Assembly: GCA_002269645.1 (NCBI GenBank)
Contig: NIVC01003633.1
Span: forward strand, 1 to 36,740
Direction of reading: 5' to 3'
Length of the DNA: 36,740 bases
Origin: Macrostomum lignano
Lineage: Eukaryota
In this document: in pieces, positions 1-11,630 of the stretch
Layout of the letters: the number at the start of each line of letters is the position of its first letter
Position numbering within the stretch: the first letter of the stretch is position 1
The notes under the pieces: generated by a model
Databases searched by the model: none
Seen by the model: the letters and a program-made list of their open reading frames with translations, nothing else
Told to the model about the DNA's origin: nothing
Program-made: the position numbers and the translations under genes

Positions 1-3000
1 GCCTGCGGTGCTAAAATGAGTGGCCTGCGTGCCTAAAATGAGTGCTGCGGCGCTAAAATGAGTGCTGCGGCGCTAAAATGAGTGCGCCTGCGGCGCTAAA
101 ATGAGTGCCTGTGGCGCTAAATGAGTGCCTGTGGCGCTAAAATGAGTGCTGTGGCGCTGAAAATGAGTGCCTGCGGCGCTAAAATGAGTGCATGTGGCGG
201 CTAAAATGAGTGCCTGTGGCGCTAAAATGAGTGCCTGCGGTGCTAAAATGAGTGCCTGCGGCGCTAAAATGAGTGCCTTGTAAAATGAGTGCCTCGCTAA
301 AATGAGCCTGCGCGCTAAAATGAGTGCCTGCGGTGCTAAAATGAGTGCCTGCGGTGCTAAAATGAGTGGCCTGTGGCGCGCAAAATGAGTGCCTGCGGCG
401 CTAAAATGAGTGCCTGTGGCGCTAAATGAGTGCCTGTGGCGCTAAATGAGTGCCTGTGGCGCTAAAATGAGTGCTGTGGCGCTAAAATGAGTGCCTGCGG
501 CGCTAAAATGAGTGCATGTGGCGCTAAAATGAGTGCCTGCGGCGCTAAAATGAGTGCCTGCGGCGCTAAAATGAGTGCCTGCAGCGCCAAAATGAGTGCC
601 TCCGACGCTAAAATGAGTGCCTCCGACGCTAAAATGAGTGCCTGCGTCGCTAAAATGAGTGCCTGCGGTGCTAAAATGAGTGCCTACGGCGCTAAAATAA
701 GTGCCTGTGGCGCTAAAATGAGTGCCTGTGGTGCTAAAATGAGTGCCTGTGGCGCTAAAATGAGTGCCTGCGGCGCTAAAATGAGTGCCTGCGACGCTAA
801 AATGAGTGCCTGCCCGCGCTAAAATGAGTGCCTCCGCGCTAAAATGAGTGCCTGCGGTGCTAAAATGAGTGCCTGCGGCGCTAAAATGAGTGCCTGCGGC
901 GCTAAAATGAGTGCCTGCGGCGCTAAAATGAGTGCCTGGGCGGCTAAAATGAGTGCTGCGGTCGCTAAAATGAGTGCCTGTGCGCTAAATGAGTGCCTGC
1001 GGTGCTAAAATGAGTGCCTGTGCGCTAAAATGAGTTCCTGCGGCGCTAAAATGAGTGCCTCCGACGCGAAAATGAGTGCCTGCGGTGCTAAAATGAGTGC
1101 CTGCGGCGCTAAAATGAGTGCCTGTGGCGCTAAAATGAGTGCCTGTGGCGCTAAAAATGAGTGCCTGCGGTGCTAAAATGAGTGCCTGCGGCGCTAAAAT
1201 GAGTGCTGCGCTAAAATGAGTGCCTGCGCGCTAAAATGAGTGCCTGCGGCGCTAAAATGAGTGCCTGTGGCGCTAAAATGAGTGCCTGCGGCGCTGAAAA
1301 TGAGTGCCTGCGGCGCTAAAATGAGTGCCTGTGGCGCTAAAATGAGTGCCTGTGGCGCTAAAATGAGTGCCTGCGGTGCTAAAATGAGTGCCTGCGGTGC
1401 TAAAATGAGTGCCTGCGGTGCTAAAATGAGTGCCTGTGGGCTAAAATGAGTGCCTGCGCGCTAAAATGAGTGCCTCGACGCTAAAATGAGTGCCTCCGAC
1501 GCTAAAATGAGTGCCTGCGGCGCTAAAATGAGTGCCTCCGACGCTAAAATGAGTGCCTGCAGCGCTAAAATGAGTGCCTGTGGCGCTAAAATGAGTGCCT
1601 GCGGCGCTAAAATGAGTGCCTCCGACGCTAAAATGAGTGCCTGCGGCGCTAAAATGAGTGCCTGCGGCGCTAAAATGAGTGCCTGCCGCTAAAATGAGTG
1701 CCTGCGGCGCTAAAATGAGTGCCTGCGGCGCTAAAAGAGTGCCTCCGACGCTAAAATGAGTGCCTTTGGCGCTAAAATGAGTGCCTGCGGCGCTAAAATG
1801 AGTGCCTTTGGCGCTAAAATGAGTGCCTGCGGTGCTAAAATGAGTGCCTCGACGCTAAAATGAGTGCCTTTGGCGCTAAAATGAGTGCCTGCGGCGCTAA
1901 AATGAGTGCCTGTGGCGCTAAAATGAGTGCCTCTGGCGCTAAAATAAGTGCCTGCGGCGCTAAAATGAGTGCCTCTGGCGCTAAAATAAGTGCCTGCGAT
2001 GCTCAAATGAGTGCCAGTGGCGCTAAAATGAGTGCCTGCGGTGCTAAAATGAGTGCCTGTGGCGCTAAAATGAGTTCCTGCGGCGCTAAAATGAGTGCCT
2101 GCGGCGCTAAAATGAGTGCCTGCGGCGCTAAAATGAGTGCCTCCGACGCTAAAATGAGTGCCTTTGGCGCTAAAATGAGTGCCTGCGGCGCTAAAATGAG
2201 TGCCTTGGCGCTAAAATGAGTGCCTTGGCGCTAAAATGAGTGCCTGCCGACGCTAAAATGAGTGCCTGTGGCGCTAAAATGAGTGCCTGTGGCTGAAATG
2301 AGTGCCTGCGGCGCTAAAATGAGTGCATGTGGCGCTAAAATGAGTGCCTGTGCGCTAAAATGAGTGCCTGCGTGCTAAAATGAGTGCCTGCGTGCTAAAA
2401 TGAGTGCCTGCGTGCTAAAATGAGTGCCTGTGGCGCTAAAATGAGTGCCTGCGCGCTAAAATGAGTGCCTGACGCTAAATGAGTGCCTCCGACGCTAAAA
2501 TGAGTGCCTGCGGCGCTAAAATGAGTGCCTCCGACGCTAAAATGAGTGCCTGCAGCGCTAAAATGAGTGCCTGTGGCGCTAAAATGAGTGCCTGCGGCGC
2601 TAAAATGAGTGCCTCCGACGCCAAAATGAGTGCCTGCGGCGCTAAAATGAGTGCCTGCGGCGCTAAAATGAGTGCCTCCGACGCTAAAATGAGTGCCTGC
2701 GCGCTAAAATGAGTGCCTGCGGCGCTAAAATGAGTGCCTCCGCTAAAATGAGTGCCTTTGGCGCTAAAATGAGTGCCTGCGGCGCTAAAATGAGTGCCTT
2801 TGGCGCTAAAATGAGTGCCTGCGGTGCTAAAATGAGTGCCTCCGACGCTAAAATGAGTGCCTTTGGCGCTAAAATGAGTGCCTGCGGCGCTAAAATGAGT
2901 GCCTGTGCGCTAAAATGAGTGCCTCTGGCGCTAAAATAGTGCCTGTGGCGCTAAAATGAGTGCCTCTGGCGCTAAAATAAGTGCCTGCGATGCTCAAATG

Positions 3001-6000
3001 AGTGCCAGTGGCGCTAAAATGAGTGCCTGCGGTGCTAAAATGAGTGCCTGTGGCGCTAAAATGAGTTCCTGCGGCGCTAAAATGAGTGCCTGCGGCGCTA
3101 AAATGAGTGCCTGCGGCGCTAAAATGAGTGCCTCCGACGCTAAAATGAGTGCCTTTGGCGCTAAAATGAGTGCCTGCGGCGCTAAAATGAGTGCCTTTGG
3201 CGCTAAAATGAGTGCCTGGCGCTAAAATGAGTGCCTCCGCGCTAAAATGAGTGCCTGTGGCGCTAAAATGAGTGCCTGCGGCGCTAAAATGAGTGCCTGT
3301 GGCGCTAAAATGAGTGCCTCGGCGCTAAAATAGTGCCTGCGATGCTCAAATGAGTGCCTGTGGCGCTGAAATGAGTGCCTGCGGTGCTAAAATGAGTGCC
3401 TGTGGCGCTAAAATGAGTGCCTGCGGCGCTAAAATGAGTGCCTGCGGCGCTAAAATGAGTGCCTGCGGTGCTAAAATGAGTGCTTGCGGTGCTAAAATGA
3501 GTGCCTGCGTCGCTAAAATGAGTGCCTGCGGTGCTAAAATGAGTGCCTACGGCGCTAAAATGAGTGCCTGTGGCGCTAAAATGAGTGCCTCTGGCGCTAA
3601 AATGAGTGCCTGTGGCGCAAAATGAGTGCCTGCGGCGCTAAAATGAGTGCCTCGACGCTAAAATGAGTGCCTCCGACGCTAAAATGAGTGCCTGCGTCGC
3701 TAAAATGAGTGCCTGCGGTGCTAAAATGAGTGCCTACGGCGCTAAAATGAGTGCCTGTGGCGCTAAAATGAGTGCCTGTGGTGCTAAAATGAGTGCCTGT
3801 GGCGCTAAAATGAGTGCCTGCGGCGCTAAAATGAGTGCCTGCGCTAAAATGAGTGCCCCCGCGCTAAAATGAGTGCCTCGCGCTAAAATGAGTGCCTGCG
3901 TCGCTAAAATGAGTGCCTGCGGCGCTAAAATGAGTGCCTGTGCGCTAAAATGAGTGTGCGTCGCTAAATGAGTGCCTGTGGCGCTAAATGAGTGCCTGCG
4001 GTGCTAAAATGAGTGCATGTGGCGCTAAAATGAGTGCCTGCGGCGCTAAAATGAGTGCCTGCCGAAAATGAGTGCCTGCGGTGCTAAAATGAGTGCCTGC
4101 GGCGCTAAAATGAGTGCCTGTGGCGCTAAAATGAGTGCCTGCGGCGCTAAAATGAGTGCCTGCGGTGCTAAAATGAGTGCCTGCGGCGCTAAAATGAGTG
4201 CTTGCGGCTTTAAAATGAGTGCCTGCGGCGCTAAAATGAGTGCCTGCGGCGCTAAAATGAGTGCCTGTGGCGCTAAAATGAGTGCCTGTGGCGCTAAATG
4301 AGTGCCTGCGGCGCTAAAATGATGCATGTGGCGCTAAAATGAGTGCCTGTGGCGCTAAAATGAGTGCCTGCGGTGCTAAAATGAGTGCCTGTGGTGCTAA
4401 AATGAGTGCCTGCGGTGCTAAAATGAGTGCCTGTGGCGCTAAAATGAGTGCCTGCGGCGCTAAAATGAGTGCCCGCGCTAAAATGAGTGCCTGCGCGCTA
4501 AAATGAGTGCCTGCGGCGCTAAAATGAGTGCCTGCGCTAAAATGAGTGCCTGCGCGCTAAAATGAGTGCCTGTGGCGCTAAAATGAGTGCCTGTGGCGCT
4601 AAAATGAGTGCCTGCGCGCTAAAATGAATGCCTGCGCGCTAAAATGAGTGCTGCGGCGCTAAAATGAGTGCCTGCGGCGCTAAAATGAGTGCCTGCGGCG
4701 CTAAAATGAGTGCCTGTGGCGCTAAAATGAGTGCCTGTGGCGCTAAAATGAGTGCCTGTGGCGCTGAAATGAGTGCCTGCGGCGCTAAAATGAGTGCATG
4801 TGGCGCTAAAATGAGTGCCTGTGGCGCTAAAATGAGTGCCTGCGGTGCTAAAATGAGTGCCTGCGGTGCTAAAATGAGTGCCTGCGGCGCTAAAATGAGT
4901 GCCTGCGGTGCTAAAATGAGTGCCTGTGGCGCCAAAATGAGTGCCTGCGGCGCTAAAATGAGTGCCTGTGGCGCTAAAATGAGTGCCTGTGGCGCTAAAA
5001 TGAGTGCCTGTGGCGCTAAAATGAGTGCCTGTGGCGCTAAATGAGTGCCTGCGGCGCTAAAATGAGTGCCTGTGGCGCTAAAATGAGTGCCTGCGGCGCT
5101 AAAATGAGTGCCTGCGGCGCTAAAATGAGTGCCTGCGCGCTAAAATGAGTGCCTGCGGTGCTAAAATGAGTGCCTGCGGTGCTAAAATGAGTGCCTGCGG
5201 CGCTAAAATGAGTGCCTGCGGTGCTAAAATGAGTGCCTGCGGCGCTAAAATGAGTGCCTGTGGCGCTAAATGAGTGCCTGCGGCGCTAAAATGAGTGCCT
5301 GTGGCGCTAAAATGAGTGCCTGCGGCGCTAAAATGAGTGCTGCGTCGCTAAAATGAGTGCCTGCGGCTAAAATGAGTGCCTCGGCGCTAAAATGAGTGCC
5401 TGCGGCGCTAAAATGAGTGCCTGCGGCGCTAAAATGAGTGCCTGCGGCGCTAAAATGAGTGCCTGTTGCGCTAAAATGAGTGTCTGCGTCGCTAAAATGA
5501 GTGCCTGTGGCGCTGAAATGAGTGCCTGCGGTGCTAAAATGAGTGCCTGTGGCGCTAAAATGAGTTCCTGCGGCGCTAAAATGAGTGCCTCCGACGCTAA
5601 AATGAGTGCCTGCGGTGCTAAAATGAGTGCCTGCGGCGCTAAAATGAGTGCCTGTGGCGCTAAAATGAGTGCCTGTGGCGCTAAAATGAGTGCCTGCGGT
5701 GCTAAAATGAGTGCCTGCGGCGCTAAAATGAGTGCTTGCGGCTTTAAAATGAGTGCCTGCGGCGCTAAAATGAGTGCCTGCGGCGCTAAAATGAGTGCCT
5801 GTGGCGCTAAAATGAGTGCCTGTGGCGCTAAAATGAGTGCCTGCGGCGCTAAAATGAGTGCCTGTGGCGCTAAAATGAGTGCCTGTGGCGCTAAAATGAG
5901 TGCCTGCGGTGCTAAAATGAGTGCCTGCGGTGCTAAAATGAGTGCCTGCGGTGCTAAAATGAGTGCCTGTGGCGCTAAAATGAGTGCCTGCGGCGCTAAA

Positions 6001-9000
6001 ATGAGTGCCTCCGACGCTAAAATGAGTGCCTCCGACGCTAAAATGAGTGCCTGCGGCGCTAAAATGAGTGCCTCCGCGCTAAAATGAGTGCCTGCGCGCT
6101 AAAATGAGTGCCTGTGGCGCTAAAATGAGTGCCTGCGGCGCTAAAATGAGTGCCTGACGCCAAAATGAGTGCCTGCGGCGCTAAAATGAGTGCCTGCGGC
6201 GCTAAAATGAGTGCCTCCGACGCTAAAATGAGTGCCTGCGGCGCTAAAATGAGTGCCTGCGGCGCTAAAATGAGTGCCTCCGACGCTAAAATGAGTGCCT
6301 TTGGCGCTAAAATGAGTGCCTGCGGCGCTAAAATGAGTGCCTTTGGCGCTAAAATGAGTGCCTGCGGTGCTAAAATGAGTGCCTCCGACGCTAAAATGAG
6401 TGCCTTTGGCGCTAAAATGAGTGCCTGCGGCGCTAAAATGAGTGCCTGTGGCGCTAAAATGAGTGCCTCTGGCGCTAAAATAAGTGCCTGTGGCGCTAAA
6501 ATGAGTGCCTCTGGCGCTAAAATAAGTGCCTGCGATGCTCAAATGAGTGCCAGTGGCGCTAAAATGAGTGCCTGCGGTGCTAAAATGAGTGCCTGTGGCG
6601 CTAAAATTAGTTCCTGCTGCGCTAAAATGAGTGCCTGCGGCGCTAAAATGAGTGCCTGCGGCGCTAAAATGAGTGCCTCCGACGCTAAAATGAGTGCCTT
6701 TGGCGCTAAAATGAGTGCCTGCGGCGCTAAAATGAGTGCCTTTGGCGCTAAAATGAGTGCCTTTGGCGCTAAAATGAGTGCCTCCGACGCTAAAATGAGT
6801 GCCTGTGGCGCTAAAATGAGTGCCTGCGGCGCTAAAATGAGTGCCTGTGGCGCTAAAATGAGTGCCTGTGGCGCTAAAATAAGTGCCTGCGATGCTCAAA
6901 TGAGTGCCTGTGGCGCTGAAATGAGTGCCTGCGGTGCTAAAATGAGTGCCTGTGGCGCTAAAATGAGTTCCTGCGGCGCTAAAATGAGTGCCTGCGGCGC
7001 TAAAATGAGTGCCTGCGGTGCTAAAATGAGTGCTTGCGGTGCTAAAATGAGTGCCTGCGTCGCTAAAATGAGTGCCTGCGGTGCTAAAATGAGTGCCTAC
7101 GGCGCTAAAATGAGTGCCTGTGGCGCTAAAATGAGTGCCTCTGGCGCTAAAATGAGTGCCTGTGGCGCCAAAATGAGTGCCTGCGGCGCTAAAATGAGTG
7201 CCTCCGACGCTAAAATGAGTGCCTCGACGCTAAAATGAGTGCCTGCGGTGCTAAAATGAGTGCCTACGGCGCTAAAATGAGTGCCTGTGGCGCTAAAATG
7301 AGTGCCTGTGGTGCTAAAATGAGTGCCTGTGGCGCTAAAATGAGTGCCTGTGGCGCTAAAATGAGTGCCTCCGACGCTAAAATGAGTGCCCCCGACGCTA
7401 AAATGAGTGCCTCCGACGCTAAAATTAGTGCCTTTGGCGCTAAAATGAGTGCCTGCGGCGCTAAAATGAGTGCCTGTTGCGCTAAAATGAGTGTCTGCGT
7501 CGCTAAAATGAGTGCCTGTGGCGCTGAAATGAGTGCCTGCGGTGCTAAAATGAGTGCATGTGGCGCTAAAATGAGTTCCTGCGGCGCTAAAATGAGTGCC
7601 TCCGACGCTAAAATGAGTGCCTGCGGTGCTAAAATGAGTGCCTGCGGCGCTAAAATGAGTGCCTGCGATGCTCAAATGAGTGCCTGCGGCGCTAAAATGA
7701 GTGCTTGCGGCTTAAAAATGAGTGCCTGCGGCGCTAAAATGAGTTCCTGCGGCGCTAAAATGAGTGCCTGCGGCGCTAAAATGAGTGCCTGCGGCGCTAA
7801 AATGAGTGCCTCCGACGCTAAAATGAGTGCCTTTGGCGCTAAAATGAGTGCCTGCGGCGCTAAAATGAGTGCCTTTGGCGCTAAAATGAGTGCCTTTGGC
7901 GCTAAAATGAGTGCCTCCGACGCTAAAATGAGTGCCTGTGGCGCTAAAATGAGTGCCTGCGGCGCTAAAATGAGTGCCTGTGGCGCTAAAATGAGTGCCT
8001 CTGGCTCTAAAATAAGTGCCTGCGATGCTCAAATGAGTGCCTGTGGCGCTGAAATGAGTGCCTGCGGTGCTAAAATGAGTGCCTGTGGCGCTAAAATGAG
8101 TTCCTGCGGCGCTAAAATGAGTGCCTGCGGCGCTAAAATGAGTGCCTGCGGTGCTAAAATGAGTGCTTGCGGTGCTAAAATGAGTGCCTGCGTCGCTAAA
8201 ATGAGTGCCTGCGGTGCTAAAATGAGTGCCTACGGCGCTAAAATGAGTGCCTGTGGCGCTAAAATGAGTGCCTCTGGCGCTAAAATGAGTGCCTGTGGCG
8301 CCAAAATGAGTGCCTGCGGCGCTAAAATGAGTGCCTCCGACGCTAAAATGAGTGCCTCCGACGCTAAAATGAGTGCCTGCGGTGCTAAAATGAGTGCCTA
8401 CGGCGCTAAAATGAGTGCCTGTGGCGCTAAAATGAGTGCCTGTGGTGCTAAAATGAGTGCCTGTGGCGCTAAAATGAGTGCCTGCGGCGCTAAAATGAGT
8501 GCCTCCGACGCTAAAATGAGTGCCCCCGACGCTAAAATGAGTGCCTCCGACGCTAAAATTAGTGCCTTTGGCGCTAAAATGAGTGCCTGCGGCGCTAAAA
8601 TGAGTGCCTGTTGCGCTAAAATGAGTGTCTGCGTCGCTAAAATGAGTGCCTGTGGCGCTGAAATGAGTGCCTGCGGTGCTAAAATGAGTGCATGTGGCGC
8701 TAAAATGAGTTCCTGCGGCGCTAAAATGAGTGCCTCCGACGCTAAAATGAGTGCCTGCGGTGCTAAAATGAGTGCCTGCGGCGCTAAAATGAGTGCCTGC
8801 GATGCTCAAATGAGTGCCTGCGGCGCTAAAATGAGTGCTTGCGGCTTTAAAATGAGTGCCTGCGGCGCTAAAATGAGTGCCTGCGGCGCTAAAATGAGTG
8901 CCTGTGGCGCTAAAATGAGTGCCTGTGGCGCTGAAATGAGTGCCTGCGGCGCTAAAATGAGTGCATGTGGCGCTAAAATGAGTGCCTGTGGCGCTAAAAT

Positions 9001-9713
9001 GAGTGCCTGCGGTGCTAAAATGAGTGCCTGCGGTGCTAAAATGAGTGCCTGCGGTGCTAAAATGAGTGCCTGTGGCGCTAAAATGAGTGCCTGCGGCGCT
9101 AAAATGAGTGCCTCCGACGCTAAAATGAGTGCCTCCGACGCTAAAATGAGTGCCTGCGGCGCTAAAATGAGTGCCTCCGACGCTAAAATGAGTGCCTGCA
9201 GCGCTAAAATGAGTGCCTGTGGCGCTAAAATGAGTGCCTGCGGCGCTAAAATGAGTGCCTCCGACGCCAAAATGAGTGCCTGCGGCGCTAAAATGAGTGC
9301 CTGCGGCGCTAAAATGAGTGCCTCCGACGCTAAAATGAGTGCCTGCGGCGCTAAAATGAGTGCCTGCGGCGCTAAAATGAGTGCCTCCGACGCTAAAATG
9401 AGTGCCTTTGGCGCTAAAATGAGTGCCTGCGGCGCTAAAATGAGTGCCTTTGGCGCTAAAATGAGTGCCTGCGGTGCTAAAATGAGTGCATGTGGCGCTA
9501 AAATGAGTGCCTTTGGCGCTAAAATGAGTGCCTGCGGCGCTAAAATGAGTGCCTGTGGCGCTAAAATGAGTGCCTGCGGCGCTAAAATAAGTGCCTGCGA
9601 TGCTCAAATGAGTGCCAGTGGCGCTAAAATGAGTGCCTGCGGCGCCAAAATGAGTGCCTGCGGTGCCAAAATGAGTGCCTGCGGAGCTAAAATGAGTGCC
9701 TGCAGCGCTAAAA
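1..9713. repeat. 21-bp satellite array, consensus GCCTGCGGCGCTAAAATGAGT, about 460 units, running off the left edge
   Basis: Unit read directly throughout. Variation is concentrated in the central 6 nt (tgcggc/tgtggc/tgcggt/tccgac/tttggc). The MSACGAK, GTHFSAA and ALILAPQ ORFs are translations of this 7-codon unit. Confidence 0.99.
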
Positions 9714-9807
9714 GTAAGCGCTGACAACACCGATCTCAAAATAATGTACCTGCCACCAAATCCATGGCGAGCTGTGTAAATAGCATACAACGTATACATG
9801 CCGAACT

Positions 9808-9904
9808 GCAGCGCTAAAAGTAAGCGCTGACAACACCGATTCTCAAAATAATGTACACGTAGAATTATATTGGCCCCACCATTCAATCCATGGCGACGCC
9901 CCTG
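9808..9904 (-). mobile_element. Putative terminus of a non-autonomous DNA transposon (hAT-like) bounding the 21-bp satellite
   Basis: Minus strand from 9904 reads CAGGGGCGTCGCCATGGATTGAATGGTGGGGCCA, a CAGGGG-type TIR-like start. Inward sequence CTGCAGCGCTAAAA matches the satellite unit. The partner TIR is not in the window. Confidence 0.4.
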
Positions 9905-11296
9905 TGTAAATAGCATACATGTACGTATACATGGTAACTTGAATTTTAGACGAACACATGCAGAAATGTTCATACGTGGGTATACTGCGCAGTATAATCC
10001 TCGAGTTTAGTTTGTACCTAACATGTAGTTTCGGTTTTTTGTTAGCTAGTAGGTACTAAAACAAGGATGTACGAAGGACGACTCAGGGGTACTTGGTAGT
10101 CGTTGTGTGAAGTATTGGGAATAATTGAACCGTTCGAAATTATACGACTAGCGCAATAAATAAATCATTTGTAATCAACATCGTGTAACTTAACTTATAA
10201 CTACCACTTTTGGGTGCTTAATTTTTAATGAAGTTCCACGAAATATCCGGTTCCAAATCCACTAAATAAAACATAGGATTGCTATAAAGCAGGAACTTAA
10301 ATATTACCTGATAAAAATGCTTTTGAAAAGTTTAACTTTAAAGAAATATAACTTTTTTATAAATATTTTTTGTAAGATAATGTTATAACGTGTTGATGAG
10401 TCGGGCTAATTATTTAAAATAGCATTCTCATGCATTTTTTATTTTTTGTTTCACACGAAAACTATAAAAATTTAAATGGTATCGTATAATTGATGAATAG
10501 GCTACGCTTTCCTTTTCTTAACTTTTATGAATTTGCAACTAACGTGACGTAAAAGTCAGGTATAATTCTGTGATCATTGTTCGAAGCTTTGATATATTAT
10601 ATAGTTTAACAGAATCGACTATTTGTTGAGATCGTCATTCAGAACTATTTTTTAAATTTTTGTCGTGTATAGACAAGAGGCCATTATCCGAATGATAATG
10701 CTTCCTCGGCCAAAACGTTCATTATAGAATGCTGACAGCGCTCGTAGTTTTTGACTTGTTTGCCCAGTCACTGTCACTGTGTCAGTGCTGTAGAATATTG
10801 ATAATTAGCATTTCTAGTCTAGCTGCATCCCTGCATTGGGTATAAAAAGTGTTGAATAGGCCCTTCAATATTTTAGGTAATTAAGCGACGTATAGAATAT
10901 AGATGGATGGGTAAATGAATGATTCACATAGCCCTACACTAACTAGCTAGGCCCTATACATGCATTGAGAGCAAAGTTTTGCAATTAGCATGGAACTAGG
11001 CCCTATTGACAACAGTTTTATTATTTCGACCCCCCACTGGAGCAGGTTTATCTGGCACTGACTCTACTCACACGAGAGTTGTGCTTTGGAAATTTTCTAT
11101 TTTGTTTGTAAATAGCCTAGACTAGCCCTATAGGTACGGTAGTCATATAGCTAAATAAGGTATGAAATAATTTCATATACTGCCTTTTTGTAAGTAAGCT
11201 TTTTTGTTTAAAATCAGATAGTGACAAACATAAAATTTGTAATTAGGAATAAATAATAAAAGATGTCTTCTTTGTGCAATTATATATTAATATATG

Positions 11297-11511
11297 TGTT
11301 ACAGGGGGTTTGCTTCCCTCTTTAGTTATCCCACTGCTGGTACCAAAGTTGTTACAGTGGTGATTCCTATACACTGAGAATCCCACCGCTGAGACACTAA
11401 GTTGTAACAGGCCTTTTGGCTCTAAGAATTTCACCGTTATGCCACCAAAGTTGTTACAGTGCTAATTTACTATTCTCTTAAGTGTTCTTCTTAGGTTGGT
11501 AGCTGCCACCA
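11297..11511 (-). repeat. Array of LTR-end/primer-binding-site-like units (TGTWACA + ACTT + tRNA-Leu-complementary PBS + variable spacer)
   Basis: TGTWACA at 11297, 11350, 11403 and 11452 (spacing 53/53/49). The last three are each preceded on + by AAGT and a tRNA-Leu-3'-end-like sequence: ATCCCACTGCTGGTACCA 11328-11345, GAATCCCACCGCTGAGACACT 11378-11398, GAATTTCACCGTTATGCCACCA 11426-11447. A further GCTGCCACCA lies at 11502-11511. Confidence 0.6.
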
Positions 11512-11580
11512 AGATTATCCTATTAATAAATTATGAGGTTATCAATCTTAGAATAATCCGAGAATGTTTCTTAGAATAGG

Positions 11581-11630
11581 TCTGAGTATTTAGTCTGAGT
11601 ATTTAGTCTGAGTATTTAGTCTGAGTATTA
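11581..11630. repeat. 13-bp tandem repeat TCTGAGTATTTAG x ~4
   Basis: Units start at 11581, 11594, 11607 and 11620. Confidence 0.9.

Noticed and set aside
1-5400. High indel density in the left part of the satellite as biological decay
   Set aside because: Scattered 1-3-nt deletions in blocks that are otherwise copies of the clean 6100-9700 blocks look like unpolished long-read consensus error; this cannot be separated from real decay without reads.
487-9973. Long MSACGAK / GTHFSAA / ALILAPQ ORFs as protein-coding genes
   Set aside because: They are automatic translations of a 21-bp unit lacking stops in some frames. There is no non-repeat domain, splice context or terminus to support a gene.
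11297-11511. True prokaryotic CRISPR array
   Set aside because: Only 3-4 degenerate units, no cas genes, eukaryotic context. The conserved part is better explained as LTR end + PBS (kept as a finding under that interpretation).
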